Positions 42,289 through 56,382 are shown, numbered from the stretch's first letter. The stretch: DNA of 64,000 bases from Macrostomum lignano (GCA_002269645.1 NIVC01000416.1:496001-560000); one strand, 5' to 3'. The notes: a model not told the origin generated them from the letters alone. A program made the numbers and translations.

Positions 42289-43589
42289 TGCATTTCTAGT
42301 TAGATTGTTGCATTTTTTAATGTTGCCAAGTGTAATAAATCATTTAATCATAATTTTTCCACCTCTATGGCAGAGAAATCCCGTGAATATTGGCCAATTT
42401 TCTACAAATATCTAAAAAACATTAATTAACATTGACTTATGATACTTGTAAAGTTGCAAAAATCATTTCAGGAATAAGATTACACGCGATTTGAATGTAA
42501 ATATAGTTTTCAATCTTGAAATAATATTGATAATTTGTTCGAGTAAAATAAACCAAGAAATTATCAAACAATTACAAATAAATGCAATTATTCTACTCAT
42601 AGTAGAGTAGCATGGTGAAATTTTTTTGAACTTCATTATGTAGTATAAATAAATAAGTAATCTGCTTGTATTTTTAAGATCCAGCAAAAGCACAAGCACA
42701 CAAATAAAGACAGAAAATTTATACACAGAAAAAATCAAAGTAAAAACTGGTGCACGTTAACAATATTATAACTATGCATATTGATAAAGTATTATCGTAT
42801 TACACAATAAAATATTAATAATACATATAGAAAACAAAACAGGCAGCTTTAAAATGACATATTGCAACTCTTATAGACTACTAACAATAGTAGTAGTAAT
42901 ATAAGTACGGTATGCTGCACTGCACAAAGAGAATCAAGTATAGAGAAAACTGATATTATAGTGCAGGGTGTACTTTCAGATTTAGGAAACTTCAACTCCA
43001 ACTTACCTTAGACAGAGGTATGCCAAAAAATAAAAACTGAATTCAGACATCAATAGCACATTTATACATCTAGCCATATATTTATTCATAATACGAAAGA
43101 TTTCGATGCCTAATACTAACAGTAGTATGAATAGTAACTTACGATACCATCATAATTTTTAATCAGTCAATCCGATACGAAGAAAGAATTCGTTAACTAC
43201 ACTTTAGTGATACAATTAATCATTATAATACACGAGATAACAGAATGTTTACAGTGCAAAATGTGCCGCTAGTATAGATAACTGAAATTGTTGCCAAAGA
43301 AGCTGAATTGCGTTTAGACTGAGCATAAAGGCACTTCATTTTTTGAGCGTTTTAATAACTAAATAAGCTTTTCTTCGAAACAGAACATTTCCTTATTCCC
43401 GGTGGATAGAAACGGGCGTGACTGTCCTCAGCCAATAGAAATTTGAAGGTCGATATGTACTTATAATATCAAGAGTGTTTCAACAGGTTACACAAGAGCG
43501 CAATGGCCTTTTCTCATTTCTCACTTCTATCACTGTGGCCTCTGACCCTCATGCCCTCTCTTTCCTCATATCATTAACCCTCATACCCT

Positions 43590-44385
43590 TTTCCCTTCAT
43601 GCCTTTTCTGCACCTCATGCCCTATCTCCCTTCATGCCCACTCTCCCTTCATGCCCTCTCTCCCCTCATGCCCTCTCTCACTTCATTCCCTCTCACTTAA
43701 TGCCCTCTCTCCCTTCATGCCCACTCTCCCTTCATGCCCTCTCTCACTTCATGCCCTCTCTCCCCTCATGTCCTCTCTCCCTTCATGCCCTCTCTCCACT
43801 CATGTCCTCTCTCACTTCATGCCCTCTCTCCCCTCATGTCCTCTCTCACTTCATTCCCTTTCTCCCCTCATGCCCTCTCTCACTTCATTCCCTCTCTCAC
43901 TTAATGCCCTCTCTCCCTTCATGCCCTCTCTCCCCTCATGCCCTCTCTCACTTCATGCCCTCTCTCCCCTCATGTCCTCTCTCACTTCATGCCCTCTCTC
44001 CCCTCATGTCCTCTCTCCCTTCATGCCCTCTCTCCCCTCATGTCCTCTCTCACTTCATGCCCTCTCTCCCCTCATGTCCTCTCTCACTTCATGCCCTCTC
44101 TCCCCTCATGTCCTCTCTCACTTCATTCCCTTTCTCCCCTCATGCCCTCTCTCACTTCATTCCCTCTCTCACTTAATGCCTTCTCTCCCTTCATGCCCTG
44201 TCTCCCCTCATGCCCTCTCTCACTTCATGCCCTCTTACCCTTCATACCCTCTCTCCTTTCATGTCATCTCACCTTCATGTCATCTCTCCCTTCATGCCTT
44301 CTCTCCCTTCATGCCTTCTCTCCCTTCATGCCCTCTCTCAGTTCATGCCCTCTCTTAGTTCATGCCCTCTCTCCCTTCATCCCCT
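43590..44385 (+). repeat. 17-bp pyrimidine-rich minisatellite (CCTTCATGCCCTCTCTC)n
   Basis: Direct tandem repeat; source of the MPSLPSCPL artefact ORFs. Confidence 0.93.
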
Positions 44386-44576
44386 CTTCACCTCAACACC
44401 AACCCTCATACTCTCCCTACCATCATATCCTCACTCACCATTTTTCTCACTCTTTATTCCAATCGTACAAAGACAGTTATATATTTAACTAAGAATGTCA
44501 CAAGCCGGGAGAAAAGTACAAGCAAACAATGCATTTACAGACAGTTACATAATGAGCAAAGGCACACCTCAGGCGC

Positions 44577-46000
44577 TCACAGGAACTGGCCGCCAGCGCC
44601 ATTAGCAGCGGCAGCTGTAGACCTCACCTGTAAACTGTGCGCACTGGCCCGCAGCTCGGCTAGCCGCAGGTTCACGTCAGTCAGCCGTTTATCCCAGACG
44701 CGTCGTTCCGCTTGCAGCCGGTCGTGCAGCTGGCGCTCCTGTGCCAGACAGTCGGCCAGATTGGCCTGGCTCAGCTGCTGCAGCTCGGCTTCCTGCTGGT
44801 GCAGACGCTGTTCCAGGCTGCCGGCGCTCTGGCAGGACAGCTGCAACAGGCGCAGCTCTGCGGGGCCGGTTGGGGTGCGCTGATCTCTCTTGTCTATCTT
44901 TTGTCTATCTCTTTTGTCTATCTCTCCTGTCTATCTCTCCTGTCTATCTTTTTTGTTTATCTCTCGTCTATCTCTCTTGTCTATCTCTTCTATCTCTTTT
45001 GTCTATCTCTCATGTCTATCTCTTCTGTCTATCTCTTCTGTCTATCTCTTCTGTCTATCTCTTCTGTCTATCTCTTCTATCTATCTCTCTTGTCTATCTC
45101 TTTTGTCTATCTCTTTTGTCTATCTCTTCTGTCTATCTCTTCTGTCTATCTCTTCTGTCTATCTCTTCTGTCTATCTCTCTTGTCTATCTCTTTTGTCTA
45201 TCTCTTTTGTCTATCTCTTCTGTCTATCTCTTCTGTCTATCTCTTCTGTCTATCTCTTCTGTCTATCTCTTCTGTCTATCTTTTCTGTCCATCTCTCTTG
45301 TCTATCTCTCTTGTCTATCTTTTCTGTCTATCTTTTCTGTCCATCTCTCTTGTCCATCTCTCTTGTCTATCTTTTCTGTCTATTTCTCATGTTAATCTCT
45401 CAGGCCTATCTTTAATTTTATTATTGTTTTATTTTCCTTGCAAACTCGATACCGTTTATCCCTCACCCTCCTCGATTCCCAGCAACTACTCCTCCCAAAC
45501 CAACTGCACACCAAAGAATTCTTATTCTCACCCTTATCCAGCTCCTCAATTCGCAGCCTGTTCATCTCAATCTCGTGCTCCTGCATCAGCAGCCGCTGTT
45601 TCAACTGTCGTCTGACATTCTCCGACGCAGCTGCGTCCAGCTGCTCGGCGCTTGACGTTGAACAGTTGCTGCTGCCGCTGCCGTTGGTGTGCAAAGATGC
45701 CGGTCTCAGCTGATTGTTCTGACGCTGGGGCGGCTGCTGCTGATGCTGCTGTCCAGCCGCAGTCAGTTCTGTTCGTTGTAAAATCAACTCGGCGTGTTGC
45801 GGCGCTCGGCTTAGCGACGCCGCCATTGGTTCGTTTGGCGCCATTGGGCGTTCGCCATTTGGCCAGCGCAGTACCAGGGTGTAGCGGCCGGGTAGGCCTG
45901 CCGTCCTGGCCACGGCCATGATCACATCGTGACAGCTGGTGTCCCTGGTCACATTGCACACAGTTCTAGGCTGGCCTTCGAACCAGATGTTTAGTTCCAT
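44577..46000 (-). CDS. RASSF8: N-terminal RASSF (RASSF7/8-like) Ras-association protein
   Basis: MELNIWFEGQPRTVCNVTRDTSCHDVIMAVARTAGLPGRYTLVLRW..ERPMAPNEP matches the RASSF7/8 RA domain. Exons 46000-45532 and 44857-44577 (coiled coil; a possible further donor at 44627). Confidence 0.85.
44890..45385 (+). repeat. 13-bp minisatellite (TGTCTATCTCTTC)n in the RASSF intron
   Basis: Direct tandem repeat. Confidence 0.93.
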
Positions 46001-46084
46001 GTATAACTGGTGTGGCTGGCTTTAATACCGAATTTACAGATGGGTGGGCATGGCCTGCATAAATTTTTACATCGGAGTACATCG

Positions 46085-47255
46085 GACATCGGAGAGGTGC
46101 AATGGCAGGTCACTCTACAGCAGTCACTGTGACATCGGAGAGGTGCAATTGCAGGTCACTCTACAGCAGTCACTGTGACATCGGAGAGGTGCAATGGCAG
46201 GTCACTCTACAGCAGTCACTCTGACATCGGAGAGGTGCAATGGCAGAAGGTCACTCTACTACAGTCACTGTGACATCGGAGAGGTGCAATGGCAGGTTAC
46301 TCTACTACAGTCACTGTGACATCGGAGAGGTGCAATGGCAGGTCACTCTACAGCAGTCACTCTGACATCGGAGAGGTGCAATGGCAGGTCACTCTACAGC
46401 AGTCACTCTGACATCGGAGAGGTGCAATGGCAGCAGGGTCACTCTACTACAGTCACTGTGACATCGGAGAGGTGCAATGGCAGGTCACTCTACAGCAGTC
46501 ACTGTGACATCGGAGAGGTGCAATTGCAGGTCACTCTACAGCAGTCACTGTGACATCGGAGAGGTGCAATGGCAGGTCACTCTACAGCAGTCACTCTGAC
46601 ATCGGAGAGGTGCAATGGCAGCAGGTCACTCTACAGCAGTCACTCTGACATCGGAGAGGTGCAATGGCAGCAGGGTCACTCTACTACAGTCACTGTGACA
46701 TCGGAGAGGTGCAATGGCAGGTCACTCTACAGCAGTCACTCTGACATCGGAGAGGTGCAATGGCAGGTCACTCTACAGCAGTCACTCTGACATCGGAGAG
46801 GTGCAATGGCAGCAGGGTCACTCTACTACAGTCACTGTGACATCGGAGAGGTGCAATGGCAGGTCACTCTACAGCAGTCACTGTGACATCGGAGAGGTGC
46901 AATGGCAGGTCACTCTACAGCAGTCACTCTGACATCGGAGAGGTGCAATGGCAGCAGGGTCACTCTACTACAGTCACTCTGACATCGGAGAGGTGCAATG
47001 GCAGCAGGGTCACTCTACTACAGTCACTGTGACATCGGAGAGGTGCAATGGCAGCAGGGTCACTCTACTACAGTCACTGTGACATCGGAGAGGTGCAATG
47101 GCAGGTCACTCTACAGCAGTCCCTGTGACATCGGAGAGGTGCAATTGCAGCAGGGTCACTCTACTACAGTCACTGTGACATCGGAGAGGTGCAATGGCAG
47201 GTTACTCTACTACAGTCACTGTGACATCGGAGAGGTGCAATGGCAGCAGGTCACT
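46085..47255 (+). repeat. 46/49-50-bp minisatellite upstream of the RASSF ATG (probable 5'UTR intron)
   Basis: Period 46 (GACATCGGAGAGGTGCAATGGCAGGTCACTCTACAGCAGTCACTGT) with longer variants. Confidence 0.95.
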
Positions 47256-47831
47256 CAAAAGTTCACAAAAACCAATGAACCAAGTCTCCTATACCAAGCA
47301 AGCCTATCAAACAATGTATTAAATTAAATTATAAATCAAAATTAATAACACGATACGCAATTACCCGAGTAAAGAAGAGTAAAGTCTAGCTGGAACGTGT
47401 ATTGTTTAAACTGAGAGATGTGAAGAACATACTGGATCAGCCACAACAGACAGAAATGAAGCTATTTAATTAAACTCTTGCAGTAAAGTTATTAGGAAGA
47501 AACAGTAGTGAAGAGCCGTCCAGCCCGGCGGACAACCCACAAAAAAGAAAATAAAAGTTTGACAGAAAATGAAAAACTGAAAAAAATCTTCCATTGAATC
47601 ACAAAATTTTCAACTAGTCCAACAATGAATAAAATTTAACAAAGAAAAATTTCATGATAAAAATGGAAATCAAACTATATTTGTACAATAGATTATAATG
47701 ATCAAATAAATATAGTTAGACTTAAGCAGGTTAAACCACGCAATATCTACACTTCTCCGGGTAAGTGATAAATATCCGAGTATATAGAAATGATTGCATA
47801 TTAGTTATTGTATAGGAGCGTTACAATACCA

Positions 47832-48070
47832 GGGGGTTGTAGCCTAGTGGTCAGAGCATCAGATTCACGACTGAAATGTCTGTCCTTGAGCAAGAAACTT
47901 CACTCAGCATTGCTCACCCAGCTGTAAAATGGGTGCCAGCATTAGCTGGGGTAATTGAGGCTGTGTGTGGCGACCCCCCAGTCCTTGGACTGAACAGCCG
48001 TACGCAGCCTTCAGATGCGCCGCGCAATGGCTGCGGCTGAGCTGTCGGTTGCACATCTGGCCCTATTATA
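47832..48070 (+). mobile_element. CORE-type SINE family 2 copy lacking the B box
   Basis: A box TAGCCTAGTGG, then a deletion, then the same core and 3' region as 39065-39355. Confidence 0.75.
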
Positions 48071-48559
48071 TATCATTTCTAAGAGCGTTTACGCATCCCT
48101 ACTTACAGCTGCATCAATGCACTGCAATAAATATTGATGAATATTGATGATAGAACAGAATCTCATACATTTAGCCAATCAAGAAAATGAAGAAGAAAGA
48201 CATTTACGTACTGGTACTAGTAGTGTGTTTGCATCATTTAAACAGCAAGTGCTAAATAATAACTGACTGTACACACGATACTACTAGCACTAATAAGTAG
48301 ACAAAAAAGCAGCAAGCTCGAAGCAAAACTGCTACAAGCAGATGATCACCAAAGCCAAAAAAAGATTTGATTCTATAGAGAAAAAGTACAAATTAAATAT
48401 TGAACAAATTTTTGAACTTCCAATAAATAAATTTTGCTTCATCTGCTTAAAAACTTTATTTAGTTTTATGGAATAATGACAGCTCGTTCTGGTCATTTTA
48501 TGATCTAAAGAAGTTGACCATAAAAATCATAGTTAATAATGACTGGTAATACCAGTACA

Positions 48560-49880
48560 GGTCATAGACAATATTGAGTTAGTAATGACTGGTCATACAA
48601 GTCATAGACAATATTGAGTTAGTAATGACTGGTCATACAAGTCATAGACAATATTGAGTTAGTAATGACTGGTCATACAGGTCATAGACAATCTTGAGTT
48701 AGTAATGACTGGTCATACAAGTCATAGACAATCTTGAGTTAGTAATGACTGGTCATACAAGTCATAGACAATCTTGAGTTAGTAATGACTGGTCATACAA
48801 GTCATAGACAATCTTGAGTTAGTAATGACTGGTCATACAAGTCATAGACAATATTGAGTTAGTAATGACTGGTCATACAGCTCATAGACAAAATTAAGTT
48901 AGTAATGACTGGTCATACAAGTCATAGACAATATTGAGTTAGTAATGACTGGTCATACAGCTCATAGACAAAATTAAGTTAGTAATGACTGGTCATACGG
49001 CTCATAGACAATCTTGAGTTAGTAATGACTGGTCATACAAGTCATAGACAATCTTGAGTAAGTAATGACTGGTCATACAGGTCATAGACAATCTTGAGTT
49101 AGTAATGACTGGTCATACAGAGCAGACAATCTTGAGCTAGTAATGACTGGTCATACAGGTCATAGACAATATTGAGTTAGTAATGATACAGGTCATAGAC
49201 AATCTTGAGCTAGTAATGACTGGTCATACAGAGCAGACAATCTTGAGCTAGTAATGACTGGTCATACAGGTCATAGACAATCTTGAGTTAGTAATGACTG
49301 GTCATACAGAGCAGACAATCTTGAGCTAGTAATGACTGGTCATACAGGTCATAGACAATATTGAGTTAGTAATGATACAGGTCATAGACAATATTGAGTT
49401 AGTAATGACTGGTCATACGGCTCATAGACAATCTTGAGTTAGCAATGACTGGTCATACGGCTCATAGACAATATTGAGTTAGTAATGACTGGTCATACAG
49501 CTCATAGAAAATATTAAGGTAGTAATGACTGGTCATACGGCTCATAGACAATCTTGAGTTAGTAATGACTGGTCATACAAGTCATAGACAATATTGAGTT
49601 AGTAATGACTGGTCATACAAGTCATAGACAATATTGAGTTAGTAATGACTGGTCATACAGGTCATAGACAATCTTGAGCTAGTAATGACTGGTCATACGG
49701 CTCATAGACAATCTTGAGTTAGCAATGACTGGTCATACAAGTCATAGACAATATTGAGTTAGTAATGACTGGTCATACAGGTCATAGACAATATTAAGTT
49801 AGTAATGACTGGTCATACAGGTCATAGACAATATTAAGTTAGTAATGACTGGTCATACAGAGCAGACAATCTTGAGTTAG
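48560..49880 (+). repeat. 40-bp minisatellite (GTCATAGACAATATTGAGTTAGTAATGACTGGTCATACAA)n
   Basis: About 33 copies with period 40. Confidence 0.95.
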
Positions 49881-50030
49881 TGCTTGTCATACTGGTCATA
49901 AAAAATCTAGTTTACAATTGTAATCATTATTCTAGCCAAAACTTAGAGAAACTCTCGACACAGTATTATAAGATACACACCGGTGCACAAATTATTGAAT
50001 CAGATGAAAAGAAGCAACTCGGCTATCCTG

Positions 50031-53000
50031 TCAGAGACTATTCGTACTAGCGCTGCTCTGGAAGCCAACATTAACAGACAGACTAGAAGCAGCTGTTGCC
50101 GCGGCTTCAGCCGGAGGCGCCGAGGCCAGCAAAGCTTCGTCAGAGTTGAGCGTAGGCAGGTACAGATCCTCCATGTTGGGCAGCACGAACACGCGATGAA
50201 ATTCAGCTACGAGTTTCTTAGAGATCAGGTCGGAAATTTTCCTAGCCGTGAATTCTTTCTCGCCAATCTTCGGCCTGGAGGTGAGCACCAGCTGCGGCAC
50301 GGGGTGGAAGGCTACCCACACTCTATCGGACGGCGGGAACGGCATGTTTAGCACCAGGGTGCCGCGCAGAGAGTGAACGTCTACTGACAGTAGTATCCTG
50401 GTGTTGCTAACCGAGTCGACGGCTTTGCGAAAGAATTTGTATTTGCCTGTAAATGCAGTGCGTTTATAGCTTGGAGCATATGCTGATGAAGACTGCTTGG
50501 ATTAGCCTTGCTTCTTAGAATTGGAAGGGCGATTCTCATAGCGACTGGAGAGAGGGCGATTCTCATAGCGATTGGAGGGAGGGCGATTCTCATAGCGATT
50601 GGAGAGAGGGCGATTCTCATAGCGATTGGAGGGAGGGCGTTTCTCATAGCGATTGGAGAGAGGGCGATTCTCATAGCGAATGGAGAGAGGGCGATTCTCA
50701 TAGCGATTGGAGAGAGGGCGATTCTCATAGCGATTGGAGAGAGGGCGATTCTCATAGCGATTGGAGGGAGGGCGTTTCTCATAGCGATTGGAGAGAGGGC
50801 GATTCTCATAGCGATTGGAGGGAGGGCGTTTCTCATAGCGATTGGAGAGAGGGCGATTCTCATAGCGATTGGAGGGAGGGCGTTTCTCATAGCGATTGGA
50901 GAGAGGGCGATTCTCATAGCGACTGGAGAGAGGGCGATTCTCATAGCGATTGGAGAGAGGGCGATTCTCATAGCGATTGGAGAGAGGGCGATTCTCATAG
51001 CGATTGGAGGGAGGGCGTTTCTCATAGCGATTGGAGAGAGGGCGATTCTCATAGCGACTGGAGAGAGGGCGATTCTCATAGCGATTGGAGGGAGGGCGAT
51101 TCTCATAGCGATTGGAGAGAGGGCGATTCTCATAGCGATTGGAGGGAGGGCGTTTCTCATAGCGATTGGAGAGAGGGCGATTCTCATAGCGACTGGAGAG
51201 AGGGCGATTCTCATAGCGATTGGAGAGAGGGCGATTCTCATAGCGATTGGAGAGAGGGCGATTCTCATAGCGATTGGAGGGAGGGCGTTTCTCATAGCGA
51301 TTGGAGAGAGGGCGATTCTCATAGCGATTGGAGGGAGGGCGTTTCTCATAGCGATTGGAGAGAGGGCGATTCTCATAGCGATTGGAGGGAGGGCGTTTCT
51401 CATAGCGATTGGAGAGAGGGCGATTCTCATAGCGACTGGAGAGAGGGCGATTCTCATAGCGATTGGAGAGAGGGCGATTCTCATAGCGATTGGAGAGAGG
51501 GCGATTCTCATAGCGATTGGAGGGAGGGCGTTTCTCATAGCGATTGGAGAGAGGGCGATTCTCATAGCGATTGGAGGGAGGGCGTTTCTCATAGCGATTG
51601 GAGAGAGGGCGATTCTCATAGCGATTGGAGGGAGGGCGTTTCTCATAGCGATTGGAGAGAGGGCGATTCTCATACCGAATGGAGAGAGGGCGATTCTCAT
51701 AGCGATTGGAGGGAGGGCGTTTCTCATAGCGATTGGAGAGAGGGCGATTCTCATAGCGATTGGAGGGAGGGCGTTTCTCATAGCGATTGGAGAGAGGGCG
51801 ATTCTCATAGCGATTGGAGGGAGGGCGTTTCTCATAGCGATTGGAGAGAGGGCGATTCTCATAGCGATTGGAGGGAGGGCGTTTCTCATAGCGACTGGAG
51901 AGAGGGCGATTCTCATAGCGATTGGAGAGAGGGCGATTTTCATAGCGATTGGAGAGAGGGCGATTCTCATAGCGATTGGAGGGAGGGCGTTTCTCATAGC
52001 GATTGGAGAGAGGGCGATTCTCATAGCGATTCTTAGAGAAGCTCTAAATATCGATTTTCAAAGCAATCACACTGCATAATTGAAGCAGGCCTTCAAATCT
52101 CACCCATCAGATGGTGGAACTTCTCAGACTGGGCCACCTTATCAATAAACTTGATCACTTTGCGCGAATGCTTTCCGCCGACATTGCCAAGCGCTGGATC
52201 GTCTGTGTCGGAATCTGCGTCGCTCTGGCCACCGGACTCGTCAGTGGTGGACTCGCCAGAGTCTTCCATCTCGGAGTTGGTGGCAGCCAGGCGTTGCGGA
52301 ATCGAGTCGGTGAACGGACAGGGACCGGCGCCGGGCGAGGAGGCCGCAGTTGATGGCGGCGGCGAAGGCGCTGAGGCGATGGAGTCGGCCGAGGCTGAGG
52401 AGACGACCCTGCATTAAAATATCATAATTATTACCAACCAGTTTCCTTTTACAAGCTCGCTTTCAGAAGAATGAAACTTTACGAACTTCACAATCTTCAA
52501 TATTCCCGAACTCCAATTTTCACAAACTCCTAATCTTCACAAACTCCAATCTTCACAAACTCCAATCTTCACAAACTGCAATCTTCCCGAACTCTAATCT
52601 TCACAAACTGAAATCTTCACAAACTGAAATCTTCACAAACTGAAATCTTCACAAACTCCAATCTTCACAAACTCCAATCTTCACAAACTCCAATCTTCAC
52701 AAACTCCTATCTTCACAAACTCCAATCTTCACAAACTCCAATCTTCACAAACTCTAAGCTTCACAAATCCCAAACTGCAAACTTCACAAAGTGCAAACGC
52801 CAGACTCAAAGCTGCGACTTACCTGGCCCCAGCAGCGGACTCCTCGTGCCCGCCTGTCTGGGCCCCGCCCCGCCCCTGCAGGCGATGTAGATTGATACGA
52901 GTAACCAGACTGGCCGAGCAGCCTCCAGGATAGTCAATGTCCAGATGGAACCAGATGCCCCTGTCATTGATATGCGGCTTATGCAGTTTCCTCAGCACTG

Positions 53001-56000
53001 GTAGAGCGCTGCCAACGTGCACGGCGTCAACGCTAAGCTCTTCAATAAAGTAGGGCAGGCGAATCTTTTTCAGACGGGCGTCCATCTTGGCCTTGATGAG
53101 GTCGGCCCAGTAGGGGGTGCGGAACACGTCCCAGGTGGCCCGCTGTAGCAGGGCGTTGAGAAAGTTCAGCTCGGGCTTGTCCGCGCTGCCTAGCTGCACC
53201 TCGGAGATGTCGGCAAATCGAGTGAAGGCAGCGGCGTACTCTGAGTAGCGCTTGGCCTGCAGGGGGGACAAGCGAGGACTTTGTTCACTAATCTACTTGT
53301 AGTAGAAATATATGGAAATTAATCTAATAATTTAATCGGGGAATGAAAAGAAACCAGAGAAACAAGAGAAGGTTGTAGCTCAGTGGTAGCAGCGTCGAAT
53401 TCACAAGTAAAAGTTCGGGTTTCGATTCTCGAGCCTACTCGGAACATTTGAAACTTAATATTGATAATAATAATAATTGACAACACCTTTCCTAATTGGC
53501 AGATGTGCAACCGACAGCTCAGTTGCAGCTATTTGCGCAGCGCATCTGAAGGCTGCGTACGGCTGTTCAGTCCAAAGACTGGGGGGTCGCCACATACCCT
53601 CAATTACCCCAGCTAATGCTGGCGCCCATTTTACAGCTGGGTGAACTGAAGCAATGCAGAGTTAAGTATCTTGCTCAAGGACACAAATTTTTGGATCGGG
53701 AATCGAACCCCCGACCTTCGAGTCATGAGTCCGACGCTCTAAACCATTGGGCTAGAACCCCTAAAGATACTTAAGATACTGAACTCTCTGCATTGCTTCA
53801 GTTCACCCAGCTGTAAAATGGGTGCCAGCATTAGCTGGGGTAATTGAGGGTGTGTGGCGACCCCATAGTCAGTGGCAGCGGCCCAGGCTCGATTCCAAGT
53901 GCAGTCACATTAATTTTTTTGGTCTAAATTAGAATCTCAGCTTGGCTCTGTTTGTGCAATTAACAGCTTTGAGGGCCAACCCCCTAGGCACAGTGAAGTG
54001 TACATGCTTAACGATAAATAAAGTTAGGGGCCGCTGTACACTCCTGTGTGAGTGTGTGCCTGTACTTGTGTGAAGATGTTTAAAGTGCGCCAGGGTGTAA
54101 TAAAAGTACTTTCCCGCAATTTCTATCCTTGAATAATCAGGATCAAAGCATCTCAGCCTTACCTGATCGCCAAAGCTAGACAAAGTAGATCTTCCAGTTG
54201 CGCCGCCAGCACTGGGATCTGTCACAGCAGATTTGTACAGACTCTCCGCCTGCGGCAGGCCATTACAGGCAGCGTACAGGCGCCTGTACCAGAGCTCTTT
54301 TTCGCGAGAAGTTCTAGCAAACAAGTACAGATCGCGTTGTACACAATCGGATGCTTGAACTTGTTCAAATTTCGTATCTGATTTACCAGTAGATACAAAA
54401 GTCTTTGCGGGAGAGTTACTAGCCAATACTACATGAATAGGATATTTTTTAGACCACAGCCGTTTCCTAACCAGGCCTACCGGCTGCAGCCGCAGTTTAG
54501 CATTGGCCAAATCAAATTCTCTTGTATCTGAGAAGCTCAGCATATCCGGATTGATTAACTCGTCCGAGTAAAGAACTCGTTTAGGCACCGACTGTTGCGG
54601 ACGTTTCAAGGTCAACTGCCGACCATCCAAGCTAGCATAGACAGTGAAGGTGTGGTTCAAATGATGCCGCTCAACATCGTAACTCCAGCACTCGTTGAGA
54701 AATCCGTCTAAGCTTCGATTAGTCTGTTGCTGCTTCCGTGAGCATCTGGCAGCAGCTGCCGCAGGCGAGGTTGCCGCAATAGCCGCAGTTAGAACGCTAG
54801 CCCGAGGATTACGGCAATACTTCACGCCGGTGTAGTGCACCACAACAGGCCTATTGGCTAGAAACTCAAGGTAGAAGTACACTAGTAGACAGCAGGTGAG
54901 AGAGCAGCCAATCACAAGGCCTTTAGCCAGATCCGGCAGTGGCAGAGGTGTGGCCAGCACAATAGACAGCGCCGCTGCTAGCAGAGTGAATAGCAGAGGC
55001 AATTTCTGAGCCAGCGGATTCGGTGGCGGAGCATCTGTGCGAATAACTCGAACATCCGGCTGGCTGGACTCATCTGGGCTGAATGGCCACGGCTCTGGAG
55101 CTGCTGCTGGCAGCTGGGCGCCCGAAGATGCAGCTACGGGGGTTCGCTCCTGTGATGGTGGGTTAGGCGGGAAAATTTTAGACTGTAGGCCTGGATTTAA
55201 ATATAGGCTTATGGGGTAGAGGATATCCATGTAAAGTTAAGAACAGGTTTCCGCTATCTCTATCTATTATATAACCTCTATCTTAGAATAGAGGTTCCGG
55301 CATAGCTTAAGGTTGGGTTCAGGCATAGCTTCAGGGTTGGGTTCAGGCATAGCTTCAGGGTTGGGTTCAGGCATAGCTTCAGGGTTGGGTTCAGGCATAG
55401 CTTCAGGGTTGGGTTCAGGCATAGCTTCAGGGTTGGGTTCAGGCATAGCTTCAGGGTTGGGTTCAGGCATAGCTTCAGGGTTGGGTTCAGGCATAGCTTC
55501 AGGGTTGGGTTCAGGCATAGCTTCAGGGTTGGGTTCAGGCATAGCTTCAGGGTTGGGTTCAGGCATAGCTTCAGGGTTGGGTTCAGGCATAGCTTCAGGG
55601 TTGGGTTCAGGCATAGCTTCAGGGTTGGGTTCAGGAATAGGTTCAGTGTTGGGTTCAGGAATAGGTTCAGGGTTGGGTTCAGGAATAGGTTCAGGGTTGG
55701 GTTCAGGGTTGGGTCCAGAAATAGGTTTAAGGTTGGGTTCAGGCATAGGTTCAGGGTTGGGTTCAGGCATAGGCTCAGGGTTTGGTTAAGTTCAGGCTTA
55801 GCTTACGAATGGACAGCTTCAGGTATAGATTTTTCGAATTATAGTTCATGGTTGGGGTTTAAGATTCAGAGCTCTGTATACACAGAAAATATCCCAAAGT
55901 CATGGCAGCACGAATCCAACCTCATTGTTATCCTCTTCAAGCTCGTCATTCTCTTCAACATCGGCATCGAGATTGTCACTGCCGATGAGGGGTTTGCTAG

Positions 56001-56382
56001 AATCGGTGGCAATTTTAGATGGCGCAGAAGACAGCGACAGCGGAGGAGGTGGGGGCGGTGGAGGCTGAGACGGCGGCGGCGGTGGCGGCGAAGAAGATGG
56101 CGGAGGCTGGGCAGCAGTGGCAACAGTCGATTGACGAGCGAAGGCGCTTGGCGGCCGCGGCTTCGTCTGCGGTTTCGGCACCGCGTTGAGCAAGTCTTCA
56201 AACGAGCCGCCGCCGCCAACGCCTGTCTTTCCAGAAGTTGCGGCTGGCTGCTGATGCCTCGGCGGCGAAGATGACGGCGAAAAGTCCATGTCATCGTCAT
56301 CGCCGGTGTCGCGCAGTGCAGAGAATTTAAACGTCTGGCTGCTCAAACCGCCGCCAGAAGCTGCTTTACGCCGACTGTCCAT
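50031..56382 (-). CDS. TEX2: TEX2-like (Nvj2 family) TM-PH-SMP lipid-transfer protein
   Basis: Exons about 56382-55921 (least certain, weak donor), 55182-54163, 53256-52823, 52408-52104, 50446-50031. Motifs [91 protein letters not shown]. Confidence 0.9.
50525..52030 (+). repeat. 27-bp minisatellite filling the last TEX2 intron (GGGCGATTCTCATAGCGATTGGAGAGA)n
   Basis: About 55 copies; it explains the 547-aa and 523-aa ORFs. Confidence 0.97.
52510..52790 (+). repeat. 16-bp minisatellite (CTCCAATCTTCACAAA)n in a TEX2 intron
   Basis: Direct tandem repeat. Confidence 0.9.
53465..54105. mobile_element. Compound SINE block: CORE-SINE (-) 53465-53760, inverted partial core (+) about 53780-53865, 5'-truncated family 1 SINE (+) about 53870-54105
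   Basis: Sequence similarity to 39065-39355 and 9395-9700. Confidence 0.8.
55310..55790 (+). repeat. 24-bp G-rich minisatellite (TCAGGGTTGGGTTCAGGCATAGCT)n in TEX2 intron 1
   Basis: Direct tandem repeat; source of the PEPNPEAM artefact ORF. Confidence 0.95.

Noticed and set aside
43475-45615. Several 170-240-aa low-complexity ORFs
   Set aside because: They are produced by the 17-bp and 13-bp pyrimidine arrays; only the RASSF exons on the minus strand are supported.
50381-52079. 547-aa and 523-aa ORFs on opposite strands
   Set aside because: Both are translations of a stop-free 27-bp minisatellite inside a TEX2 intron; the true exons flank it with GT-AG sites.
53370-53440. tRNA-like sequence (TAGCTCAGTGG ... 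GGGTTTCGATTCTCG)
   Set aside because: The anticodon arm does not pair and the acceptor stem is incomplete; at most a tRNA or SINE-head relic.
53929-54162. C-terminal extension of the 433-aa ORF
   Set aside because: It is read-through past the GTAAGG donor at 54162 into an intronic SINE; not TEX2 coding sequence.
55267-55789. PEPNPEAM / GSGIASGL repeat ORFs
   Set aside because: A 24-bp intronic minisatellite with no flanking splice or start context linking it to TEX2.
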